NCBI RefSeq assembly: GCF_006345805.1
Contig: NC_043012.1
Location: 34,782,001 to 34,846,000, forward strand
Reading direction: 5' to 3'
DNA: 64,000 nucleotides
DNA from: Octopus sinensis
Lineage: Eukaryota
A program made the translations under genes and the position numbers. Below, in pieces: positions 12,231 to 23,879 of the stretch (within the stretch, counting starts at the first letter, position 1; every line of letters begins with the position of its first letter). The notes beneath the pieces are model-generated. The model was not told where the DNA came from. It saw nothing but the letters and a program-made list of their open reading frames with translations, and searched no databases.

Positions 12231-12973
12231 AGCATTGTTTTGTGTGTATAACATGTATAACTAATATGTCACCCTCATCATATAATGTCTGCTTTTCCAT
12301 GCTTGCATAGATGAACAGAGTTTATTTGAGATTTTCTTTGGTTGGATACCCCTTCTGTTGCCAACCCTTATGTTTCCATGTAAGGTAATATTTCTCCATG
12401 GTCAAACTTGTTATTGCAGAATACACACACACACACACACACACGTGTATGTATGTGTATGTGTATATAACATAGATATATATAGCATCTTATATAAATG
12501 TAGTGTGTGTGTGTATATTTATATATATACATTAAATTAGAGATAAAACGACTATTAAGCAAATCAAATTTTGAATTTTATATTTTATATATTTTGTATA
12601 TTATATTAATTAATTTATTTCTATGTTTTGGTTTATGTTTTTCACTGTTTGATTTGCCTAATAGTGGTTTTATCTCTAATTTAATTTATATTTATACTGT
12701 GTAATTAGATTTAATCCTAAATCTAATTTTCCCCTGTAAGTTTGGATTTACTCCCTAATATTATTATTATATATATATATATAAACAACTTATAAACAAG
12801 GGCAAAAGAAAATTATTTCTATGCCCTTGCCCTTGTTTATAAGTTGTTTATAATTTTAACCTTTAAAGGTATTTTAATATGCTGCCACATTTTTGATGAA
12901 ATTTTTTTCTGTAAAAAAACTTCATCCTATATTAGTAGTAGACTTATTACTATTCGCTATATATATATATATA

Positions 12974-13112
12974 AAGGGCATCCAGCTGTAGAAACATTGC
13001 CAGATAAGACTGGAGCCTGGTGCAGCCTTCTGGCTTCCCAGATCCCCAGTCGAACCGTCCAACCCATGCTAGCATGGAGAACAGACGTTAAACGATGATG
13101 ATGATGATGATA
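12974..13112 (+). mobile_element. RTE LINE extreme 3' end
   Basis: aagggcatccagc..catgctagcatgg..(GAT)n tail. Confidence 0.85.
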
Positions 13113-13144
13113 TATATATATATTTTATATATATATATATATAT

Positions 13145-13505
13145 ATTCTTGTTTTGCATGTTTCGGTCATTAGACTCTGGCTATGCCTTGAATCTTAATC
13201 CTATTAATTGACCCCAGTAATTACTTTTTAAGTCTGGTTCCTATTCTATTGGTCTCCTTTACTGAACTGTTAAGTTACAGGGATATCAACACTAGTTATC
13301 AAGTGGTGATGGGGGGGGGGACAAACATGCACACATAGATGCATATATGATGGGCTTTCAGTTTCCATCTAACAAATCAACTCACAAGGATTTAGTTAAC
13401 CTGAAGCTATGTAAAAAAAAAACCCACTAAACCAAGGTACCACGCAGTGGGATAGAAACCAGAACCATGTTGTTGGGAAGCAATCCTCTTAAAACACAGT
13501 TATGC
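13145..13505 (-). mobile_element. Diverged tRNA-SINE (family B)
   Basis: Degenerate reverse complement of 40348-40750. Confidence 0.65.
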
Positions 13506-13622
13506 CTATGTGTGTGTATGTACATGTATATATATATATATATATATAGTATGTTTCAGTCATTGGAGACCTTTTCAACTGTAACGATTAAATAATTAAA
13601 TTTAGAAAAATTAAAAGAAAAG

Positions 13623-13669
<47 letters not shown>

Positions 13670-13670
<1 letters not shown>

Positions 13671-14545
13671 AATAGCTTGGGCAAAGTTCAGGGAGCTCTT
13701 ACCTCTGCTGGTGACAAAAGGCCACTCACTCAGAGTAAAAGGTAGACTGTATGACGCTTGTGTACGAACAGCCATGCTACATGGCAGTGAAACATAGGCC
13801 GTGACTGCTGAGGACATGTGTAAGCTCGCAAGAAGTGAAGTCAGTATGCTCCGATGGATGTGTAATGTCAGTGTTCATACTCGACAGAATGTAAGTACCT
13901 TGAGAGAAAAGTTGGACCTTAGAAGCATCAGCTGTGGTGTGCAAGAGAGTCGTTTGCGCTGGTATGGTCATGTGGCGAGAATGGATGAAGATAGTTGCGT
14001 GAAAAAGTGCCACACCCTAGCGGTTGAGGGAACCTGTGGAAGAGGCAGACCCAGGAAAACCTGGGATGAGGTGGTGAAGCACGACCTTCAAACTTTAGGT
14101 CTCACCTTTGGAAGTATGCTGTGCGTGAGAAGACCCGGCAAGCCAAGTGAGACCACAGTCCACTTATGCATACCGTTCCTTCTTGGAGCACAAAACTACT
14201 TGTGAAGACCTGTTGAGGCAAGTGAAAATCAAATCAAAAATCAAAATCGAAATCGATCAACATCAATGGAAATTGTAGCTTTGATACCAGTGCCTGTGGT
14301 ATGTAAAGGAACTATCCGAACGTGGTCGTTGCCAGCACCGCCAAACTGGCCTCCGTGCTGGTGGCATGTAACAGCGCCCACTGCACTCACGGAATCGTTG
14401 GCGTTAGGAAGGAAGGGCATCCAGCCATAGAAACTTTGCCAGATCAGACTGGGCCTGGTGCAGCCTTCTGGCTTCCCAGACCCCAGTTGAACCGTCCAAC
14501 CCATGCTAGCATGGAAAGCGGACGCTAAATGATGATGATGATGAT
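13670..14545 (+). mobile_element. RTE LINE, 5'-truncated (end of RT ORF plus 3' UTR)
   Basis: MLRWMCNVS..LRWYGHVARM..RGRPRKTWDEVV matches the C-terminus of the 25594-26970 ORF; small deletion near 14105; (GAT)n tail. Confidence 0.9.
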
Positions 14546-14569
14546 ATATATATATATATATATAATAAT

Positions 14570-14617
14570 TATTTGAGGGAATATTATTTCAAACTTACAG
14601 GGAAAAATCAAATTTCA

Positions 14618-14653
<36 letters not shown>

Positions 14654-14805
14654 GAGAAAAGAACCACCTTTTATCAATTCAAAATGAACAATTAAATTAC
14701 ACCATCTAGAAAATTACATATAATAGAAATATTACAATTAAAATAACAATAATATACCGATGATTAAGTAAATTGTAAAATAATAATAAAAATGTATATA
14801 TTTGC
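14570..14805 (+). mobile_element. Short AT-rich repeat embedded in (TA)n (family X)
   Basis: Same sequence as 16462-16650 and the reverse complement of 17363-17638. Confidence 0.7.
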
Positions 14806-14833
14806 TATATATATATATATATATATATATATA

Positions 14834-15058
14834 CCGGAGTAAACACATAAATGTGAAACAAGGTGGAAAAAAGAGTACTCAAATACCAGTGGTAGAGTAA
14901 TATGCTTTATTTTAAGCAGCAGAAAATTCAACAAAATCTGTTACTCTGAGATTCTCGTTGCCGTCATCAGACAGTTTTTGCTAGAAACTGTCTGATGAAC
15001 GGCAACGAGAATCTCAGAGTAACAGATTTTGTTGAATTTTCTGCTGCTTAAAATAAAG
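14834..15058. mobile_element. Palindromic PLE-derived mini-element with head-to-head hammerhead motifs
   Basis: Arms match 56535-56686 and 59096-59175; pivot CTAG at 14981-14984; CTGATGA at 14992-14998 and TCATCAG at 14964-14970; (TA)n flanks. Confidence 0.85.
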
Positions 15059-15066
15059 TATATATA

Positions 15067-15108
<42 letters not shown>

Positions 15109-15327
15109 ATAAATATTTTATATATAAAGAACGTGAAATACAGGAAGGGACAAACACGGAACACAGACAAATCATTCGAAGCCGTCAATCTTCAGTCAGA
15201 CACCAAATCATCATAGCAAATTTTGGCTGTTCAGTTGCCCAACATGGCCACAGTCTCATGACTGAAACAAGTAAAAAATATATATGTGTGTGTATGTATG
15301 TATAAAAATATTTCATTAAGATCTCTG

Positions 15328-15563
15328 TTGGCAGGGAGCTGGCAGAATCGTTAGCACGCCGGGCGAAATGCTTTGCAGTATTTCGTCTGCTGCTATGTTC
15401 TGAGTTCAAATTCCGCTGAGGTCGACTTTGCCTTTCATCCTTTCGGGGTCGATTAAATAAGTACCAGTTACGCACTGGGGTCGATGTAATCGACTTATTC
15501 CGTGTGTCTGTCCTAGTCTGTCCCCTCTGTGTTTGGCCCCTTGTGGGTAGTAAAGAAATAGGT
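15328..15563 (+). mobile_element. tRNA-derived SINE (family C)
   Basis: A box TGGCAGAATCGTTAG, B box GAGTTCAAATTCC, body ggtcgactttgcctttcatcctttcggggtcga. Confidence 0.9.
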
Positions 15564-15790
15564 GTCTGTTGGCACATCAGGCTAACAATATTCCATATAT
15601 TCTTGTGATAGGGTCCATGGTTATAGTTCATCACCATTCTATATTGTAAATAGACTAATTAAGAAACCTATCTGTTATGAATCTGCAATACCTTTTGGAA
15701 ACAGCTATAGGCCAAATTTACTCCAATAAACATAAAATATGTAATAACCATTATTTATACATTGTCTTATATATGTATATATTTATATAT

Positions 15791-15822
<32 letters not shown>

Positions 15823-15849
15823 GCAAACAAACATACATACATATATATG

Positions 15850-16040
15850 TATAAGTTCAGCAAAATTTAGATTCAGATGAATATGGTACTTAAGTTAAAG
15901 GCACCAGAATTTCGTATGGTATTATCCATATAAATTAAATGGGGTGATTATAATCAAAATAAGCAACAAGGATATCCAAGGTAGAGTAGTACAATTGTTT
16001 CATGCTTACTCTACCTTGGATATCCTTGTTGCTTATTTTT
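15850..16040. mobile_element. Family Y element with terminal fold-back
   Basis: aaataagcaacaaggatatccaaggtagagta followed after about 18 nt by its reverse complement. Confidence 0.7.
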
Positions 16041-16094
16041 ATTATACACACACATACACCCACACATATATATGTATATATATATATATATATG

Positions 16095-16235
16095 ATGATG
16101 ATGAGCTCCTTTTAATTTTTGTCTACCAAATCCATTCATTGTTGAGGTTGGGTGTAGAACTTGCCCAAGCTTCCACACAGTGGGATCGAACTCAAAACCA
16201 TGTGAGTGGGAAGCAAACTTTTTATCACACAACCC
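16095..16235 (-). mobile_element. Family B SINE 5' part, diverged
   Basis: ttgcccaag..cacagtgggatcgaactcaaaaccatgtg, reverse complement of the SINE head. Confidence 0.6.
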
Positions 16236-16421
16236 ACATTATTCATTACTATCTAAAATATTATATAATATATAGATATATGTTCTAATATGTCTGTGGG
16301 TGTGTATAAGTATACATGTATAAGTAATAAATATATATATGATAGATTATGTATATATAATTATGTATATATTATGTAAATATTAACTATATATGCTTAT
16401 GAAATTTCTGCTTATGAAGTG

Positions 16422-16459
<38 letters not shown>

Positions 16460-16461
16460 AA

Positions 16462-16765
16462 GAGGGAATATTATTCCTAACTTACAGGGAAAAATTTAAT
16501 TTAGAAATACTAAATCAAATTCACAAAATATAATATATATATATATATATATAAAAATGAGAAAAAAACACCTTTTATCAATTCAAAATGAACAATTAAA
16601 TTACACCATCTAGAAAATTACATATAATAGAAATATTAAAATTAAAATGATAATAATAATAATTATTGTTATTTTAATTTTAATATTTCTATTATATGTA
16701 ATTTTCTAGATGGTGTAATTTAATTGTTCATTTTGAATTGATAAGAGGTGTTTTTTTCTAATTTA
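16462..16765. mobile_element. Family X element with about 95 bp fold-back hairpin
   Basis: About 16560-16648 is inverted at about 16665-16760. Confidence 0.75.
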
Positions 16766-17124
16766 TATATATATATACACACATACACACACACTAACAT
16801 ACATTCATGTGTAAAATTACTGTATATGTTTATAAGTCTGTAAGTGTATATATATCTAACCCATACCAACATGGCAACTGGATGTTTAATGGTGATGACA
16901 ACATGTATAAATAGTTATGTGCTTGCATGAAGTATTTTTATATGTTATATATGTGTGCGTGTACAGACAAACTATATACATAAATGTAGAGTTGATATAT
17001 ACATGTGTATATATATATATGTAACATATGTCTGTGTCTCTGTATATATCTAGTATTTAAGATTATATATCTAGTGTATGTGTGTACATAAGTACATGAA
17101 GTATATATAAATATTGTAAATGTT

Positions 17125-17158
<34 letters not shown>

Positions 17159-17335
17159 TAATGATTTTTTTCTTATGCATAATGTTAGAAATCAATATAC
17201 ATATACTTCAAAATCAAGAGTCAGGCCAGTAGAGATTGTTCTGAGAAATTAAATACATGACAAAGGAACAGAAATTAACTATTCAAATAACTATGTAATT
17301 ACTGTTCACTTTTTACAATCATTATTCATATATAC

Positions 17336-17362
<27 letters not shown>

Positions 17363-17374
<12 letters not shown>

Positions 17375-17638
17375 AAATATATACATTTTTATTATTATTT
17401 TGCAATTTACTTAATCATCGGTATATTATTGTTATTTTAATTTTAATATTTCTATTATATGTAATTTTCTAGATGGTGCAATTTAATTGTTCATTCTGAA
17501 TTGATAAAAGGTGTTTTTTTTTCTAATTATATATATTATATATATATATATATATATTATATTTTGTGAAATTTGATTTAGTATTTCTAAATTTAATTTT
17601 TCCCTGTAAGTTAGGAATAATATTCCCTCAAATAATTA
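17363..17638 (-). mobile_element. Family X element
   Basis: Reverse complement of 14570-14805; (TA)n flanks. Confidence 0.7.
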
Positions 17639-17681
17639 TATATATATAATATATATATATATATATTAATATATATATATA

Positions 17682-18106
17682 TATATATATAAACGGCAGT
17701 TTGTCTGTCTGTGTGTCTGTCAGGTTGTACCCTCACCCTGACCACGGCTTTCAACCAATTCTGATGAAACTTGACACACACATAGCCCAATGTCATAATT
17801 CAAAACTAACACAGCGAAAATTTTGAAAAGTTCCCCCAGTTCTAAAAAAATCGATAATTCGACATTGGCCTCGAGAATCTAGCTTTTATATGCAACACAT
17901 TTTCTCTCTAGGGGACACAACTCGACCATTTTATCGCCCAAAGGGACAGCTAGGAGCATCGTGTACACAGAAGTATTCGAGTGAAGAGAAGACATTGCAA
18001 CCTACACATGCACCTATGTTCCCTAGAGGGAAAGGACTAGATTGGGATTAGTCGTTGCCTACTAAGGGCTCTTACATACCCGGGCAACGCGGGGTTATGC
18101 TGCTAG
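17682..18106 (+). mobile_element. Non-autonomous Helitron-like element
   Basis: 5' ..TATATATAAACGGCAG; 3' GC-rich hairpin CCCGGGCAACGCGGG then CTAG followed by T. Confidence 0.8.
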
Positions 18107-18108
18107 TG

Positions 18109-18147
<39 letters not shown>

Positions 18148-18175
18148 TGTAAATGTATATGCATGTAAATGTATG

Positions 18176-18557
18176 TCGAGGTGCAATGGCCCAGTGGTTA
18201 GGGCAGCAGACTCACGGTCATAGGATTGCAGTTTCCATACCCAGACCAGGCGTGGAGAGTGTATATTGAGTGAAAACACCTAAAGCTCCACGAGGCTCCG
18301 GCAGGCGGTGAGTGGCAAACCCTGCAGTACCCTTTCATTACAACTTTCTCTCACACTTTCTTCCTGTTTCTGTTCTACCTGTACTTCAAAGGGGCCAGAC
18401 TTGTCACACTCTGTGTCATGCTGAATCCCCCTAAGAGATACGGTAAGGATTCACATGTCTCTGGAGTGCTTAGCTCACTTGCACATTAATTACACGAGAA
18501 GGCCGTTCAGTTCATCGGATCAACAGGAACCCTCATTGTCGTAACCGATAGAGTTCC
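18176..18557 (+). mobile_element. tRNA-derived SINE (separate family)
   Basis: A box TGGCCCAGTGGTTAG, degenerate B box, tRNA-like head followed by a unique body. Confidence 0.6.
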
Positions 18558-18568
18558 ATATGTACGTA

Positions 18569-18706
18569 TCATCATCATCATCATCATCATCGTTTAACGT
18601 CCGTTCTCCATGCTAGCATGGGTTGGACGGTTCGACCGGGGATCTGGGAAGCCAGGAGGCTGCGCCAGGCCCAGTCTGATCTGGCAGTGTTTCTACAGCT
18701 CGATGC
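18569..18706 (-). mobile_element. RTE LINE extreme 3' end
   Basis: (CAT)n plus cgtccgttctccatgctagcatggg. Confidence 0.85.
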
Positions 18707-18707
18707 C

Positions 18708-18741
<34 letters not shown>

Positions 18742-18784
18742 CGAATGTGTATATGCGTATATACATGTGTACATATGTATATGA

Positions 18785-18825
<41 letters not shown>

Positions 18826-19097
18826 ATGTATGTGTTTATATATATATATATATATATGTATGTACATATATATAAGTATGTATCTATATGTATATATGGA
18901 TAAATACATATATTAATGTAGGAAAATATATATCGTTTGTGTATACATATTGTGTGTGTGTGTATAATAGATATATATATATATATATATCATATATATA
19001 TATACATAAAAACGGTGAAATATAATTAATTTAATAAATTTCACCTAGTAGTTTTATCGGTATGGAAAGGACCATATTTGGTAAGGATTATATTAAT

Positions 19098-19131
<34 letters not shown>

Positions 19132-19249
19132 TATGTATGTATACATGTTCAGATATGTATGTATATATATGTATATATATATGCATATATAAATAATATA
19201 TATATATGCATATATACATAGGTATATGTACATACATCTATATGCATAT

Positions 19250-19830
19250 ATGGGCACAGGACCTCATGAAATGTGTACAATGAAAAAGGACAAAGCACAA
19301 ATACATGATCTATTCTTTCGAACAACGAAAGACACAAAAGGAAAACAAAACAAATAACATAAAGAACGACCCTTCATCAGTTGTTGGCTGTTTCCCTAGT
19401 CTTGTATTTCGAGCATTTAACAACAATATACTATTTCAATAAAACATTTGCTCACGAAAAGCAAATTAAATATCTGGGATTTTGCGGAGGGTCAAAATAG
19501 GTAACACAAAACAAGACAGAGAAAACAAACAGGAAGGGCTGCTAAGCCTAAACGAGGTTGTGGTGACGAATGCGTAAATCAAGCTTGGACAGGAGCCAAA
19601 CAAGAACTCGTCTTCCTTGTTCCAGCTACAACAGAGAGAAGGAAAGAAATTTGGCCGATGGTCATGTGGGAGCCACATGAGCAAGGGAGGAGGAGTGAGG
19701 GAGAGAGAGTGACAGAGTAATAGGATAGAATAGTGGTAGAAGAGGAGGTAAATGATTAAGAGAAACAAAAACGAATGAGTTAAAAGATTGTATAAGTAAG
19801 GGAAGACGGAGAAAGAAAATCACCAATGAT
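19250..19830 (-). mobile_element. Possible degraded PLE 3' end / pseudo-LTR
   Basis: Minus strand has gctcgaaat..aagac resembling the 3' half of the 27902 motif and a CTGATGA, but no complete fold; lies between TA-rich tracts. Confidence 0.3.
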
Positions 19831-19842
19831 ACACACGCGGTC

Positions 19843-21650
19843 ATATATATATAAATACGTATATGTATCTATGTATATGTGTATATACATTTATATGTGT
19901 GTGTGTGTTTGCCATTTTATTCCTCTGTCTTCCTTTCTGTTGGACTTGATTCTTTTTGTGAAGAAGAGCATTGAACCATCTTTTCTTCCCTGAGCGTTTA
20001 CTAATACTTTACATGTACCGTGTCCTCACATTGTTTTTTGGGATTTACTATGTACATACATACATACATATCATCATCATCATCATCATTCATTTAGCGT
20101 CCGTTTTCCATACTAGCATGGGTTGGACGGTTCAACTGGGGTCTGGGGAGCCCGAAGGCTGCACCAGGCCAGTCAGATCTGGCAATGTTTCTACAGCTGG
20201 ATGCCCTTCCTAACACCAACCACTCCGAGAGTGTAGTGGGTGATTTTATGTGCCACCGACACAGGTGCCAGATGAGGCTGGCGAACGGCCACGCTCGGAT
20301 GGTGTTTTTTATGTGCCACCGACACAGGTGCCAGACGAGGCTGGCAGACGGCCACGCTCGGATGGTGTTTTTATGTGCCACCGACACAGGTGCCAGATGA
20401 GGCTGGCGAACGGCCACGATCGGATGGTGTTTGTTACGTGCCCGCAGCACGGAGGCCAGTCGATGCGGTACTGGCTACGGCCACGTTTGGATGGTTTTCT
20501 TGTGTGCCACCAGCACTGGTACCACAAAGATACATATTCCATTGATGTTCATCTATTTTGATTTGTTTTGATTGATTTTCACTTGCCTCAACAAGTCTTC
20601 ACAAGTGTCACAATAAGGAAGGTATGCCCAGGTGGACATATATATATATATATAAGGTTAATCCAAACAAGAAAACAAAAAAGACAACAACGCAAGAGGT
20701 GGAACAATTAATATATATACACGTCTATATACATATATTATATATATATAAATACGTATATGTATCTATGTATATGTGTATATACATTTATATGTGTGGT
20801 GTGTGTTTGCCATTTTATTCCTCTGTCTTCCTTTCTGTTGGACTTGATTCTTTTTGTGAGAAGAGCATTGAACCATCTTTTCTTCCCTGAGCGTTTACTA
20901 ATACTTTACATGTACCGTGTCCTCACATTGTTTTTTGGGATTTACTATGTACATACATACATACATATCATCATCATCATCATCATTCATTTAGCGTCCG
21001 TTTTCCATACTAGCATGGTTGGACGGTTCACTGGGGTCTGGGGAGCCCGAAGGCTGCACCAGGCCAGTCAGATCTGGCAATGTTTCTACAGCTGGATGCC
21101 CTTCCAACACCAACCACTCCGAGAGGTAGTGGGTGATTTTATGTGCCACCGACACAGGTGCCAGATGAGGCTGGCGAACGGCCACGCTCGGATGGTGTTT
21201 TTATGTGCCACCGACACAGGTGCCAGACGAGGCTGGCAGACGGCCACGCTCGATGGTGTTTTTATGTGCCACCGACACAGGTGCCAGATGAGGCTGGCGA
21301 ACGGCCACGATCGGATGGTGTTTGTTACGTGCCCGCAGCACGGAGGCCAGTCGATGCGGTACTGGCTACGGCCACGTTTGGATGGTTTTCTTGTGTGCCA
21401 CCAGCACTGGTACCACAAAGATACATATTCCATTGATGTTCATCTATTTTGATTTGTTTTGATTGATTTTCACTTGCCTCAACAAGTCTTCACAAGTGTC
21501 ACAATAAGGAAGGTATGCACAGGTGGACATATATATATATATATAAGGTTAATCCAAACAAGAAAACAAAAAAGACAACAACGCAAAGAGGTGGAACAAT
21601 TAATATATATACACGTCTATATACATATATTATATATATATAAATATGTA
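19843..21650. repeat. About 900 bp near-identical tandem duplication, each unit holding an RTE 3' end (20072-20620, 20968-21530, minus strand)
   Basis: Units about 19843-20740 and 20741-21647 differ mostly by 1 bp indels. Confidence 0.85.
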
Positions 21651-21944
21651 TATACCTATATCATTTACTATGTACATACATATATGTATATATACATGTG
21701 TATATACATATATTATGTATAAATATATGTATACATATATATATATGTGTGTGTGTGTGTGTATATATGTGTATATATGTGTGTGCATATATATATATAT
21801 ATGTATACATATGTATATATATGTGTGTGTGTGTATATGTTTATATATGTACATGTATATGTATATATGTCTATATATATATATACATGTATGTATATAT
21901 ATATATATATATGTGTGTATATATGTCTATATATACATGTATAC

Positions 21945-22003
<59 letters not shown>

Positions 22004-22004
22004 G

Positions 22005-22051
<47 letters not shown>

Positions 22052-22084
22052 AGTATATATATGGTGTATATATTTATGTGTATT

Positions 22085-22802
22085 CTCTTATGTTCCAGTC
22101 CAATTACTGTGGCTATGCTGGGGCAACCGCAATTGTGATCATCTTTCCACTCTCCACCTTTGTTGGAGCAGCTTTTGATGAAGGATAGAGTTCGATGTTA
22201 CTGCCCTCTTTTGAGTTTCTAGCCCAGATATTGGCTCATCCTGGATCTCGGTTGGCCAGAGGTGAAGTTCACGTTTGAAAACCTTTCCATGCACACCATG
22301 GAGGCTCCTCAAATGCTTCGGCACACAGTTAAACAGCCGTGAGCCCTTGAAACCCAAGCTATTGCAGAACATCATCTTCGCCCGAGATGAAGCAGTCGGC
22401 ATAGTGGGGGACAGCACAGTGACGTCCTGTTTGTGGTCTGATATAGCTCTTTAGACCAAAGTTTGGTACCAGTCCTTCCAGTATATTCCAAATATATATC
22501 ACTGCATACCTCTCCCGCCTTAGCTCCAGGGAACAGAGTTGTAGCTCTTTCAATCTGTCCCAGGAGCTCCATTGTTCCATTGATGCAATTTCTTTTGTGT
22601 AATGTCATTGGACTAGTTCAAACTCTGCTATTGTCGTAGTATAAGTTGACCCTAGCTGAGAAGAGCAGTAGTCCAGTTGGCTGAGGATAAAGGACTTCTA
22701 TAGTGTCATCATAGTTTCTTGGTTCCTTGTCTGGAAATTTCTCAGGGCCTGGAACTTATTTGCATTAAATTGCATGTTGTTATCCTCAGCCCATGTATAG
22801 AT

Positions 22803-22840
<38 letters not shown>

Positions 22841-23542
22841 GTTTATACATATGTATATATATGTATACATATCTGTATGTACCTATACATATATATGCCT
22901 GTTATCAACATGTTATCAATAGTTGCCATTTCACAATGTGTGTCTTCGAGGTCAAAGTCACTCGTAGCTTCCCCAGCAATATACTGAAAGCAATCTTGTA
23001 TTGTGCATTCAGTAATTCATTGATCCCCTGGGGTCCGCAGTTTGTCAGCCGTTTCCATCTAATAGCGGTCCTCTTTTGTAATGAACTGAAAGAGAGTCTT
23101 TCACATATCTACAACAGGCCTTAGGGTCCACTTTAATGGTCTTGATAGCCCTGGCTTCTTTTTCTTCCCTTTCCTTTTCAAGAGTGAGTTTTCAATCTCA
23201 AGCGAGGTGCATTCGTTTGAAATCTTTTAGATGTCCATTTAGACGGCTTGAGATTTTTGTTCTTCATCTCATTAGTACCCTCCTATCCCTGGGTATTATA
23301 TTTTTCTTCACCCGTTGATTTGGTGTTCTCTTTGGGGTAAGCTTACTGCAGGTAACATATATAGTTGCCATGAAGTTCTCTAGTTTCATGTCAATGTTTT
23401 CCCCAGAGAGGATGAGGGACCAATTACCCTTCAGGACCTCTTTCTCAATTCCCTTCCAGTCAGCTTTGTGGAAATTCAGGCTAGAGATGAGATGAGCATT
23501 TCTTGTATTTCGTATGTCCGTGGTCTTTTGTGGTCCATACAC

Positions 23543-23555
<13 letters not shown>
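22085..23555 (-). mobile_element. Fragmented CR1/L2-group LINE (copy 1)
   Basis: WDRLKELQLCSLELRRERYAVIYIWNILEGLVPN, NSLGFKGSRLFN and LNFHKADWKGI fragments; interrupted by microsatellites; many stops. Confidence 0.8.
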
Positions 23556-23577
<22 letters not shown>

Positions 23578-23578
<1 letters not shown>

Positions 23579-23809
23579 TTTATTTAAAGCAGCAGAAAAT
23601 TCAACAAAATCTGTTACTCTGAGTTTCACATTGCCGTGACAGTTGTCGGACAGTTTTTGCTAGCAAAAACTGTCCAACGAAAGGCAACGTGAAACTCAGA
23701 GTAACAGGTTTTGTTGAATTTTCTGCTGCTTTAAATAAAGCATATTACTCTACCACTGGTATTTGAGTGCTCTTTTTTCCACCTTGTTTCACATTTATGT
23801 GTTTACTCC

Positions 23810-23811
<2 letters not shown>
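23578..23811. mobile_element. Palindromic PLE-derived mini-element (second copy, opposite orientation)
   Basis: Centre cagtttttGCTAGCaaaaactg; arms carry GGCAA(C/T)GTGAAACTCAGAGTAACAG; long arm ends TACTCCGG; (TA)n flanks. Confidence 0.85.
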
Positions 23812-23846
<35 letters not shown>

Positions 23847-23879
23847 GATGTGCCCTTTTAAAGCCTAGATATATATAGA

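Noticed and set aside
19320-19400. CTGATGA on the minus strand
   Set aside because: No stem II or GAAA partner in the right geometry; not called a ribozyme.
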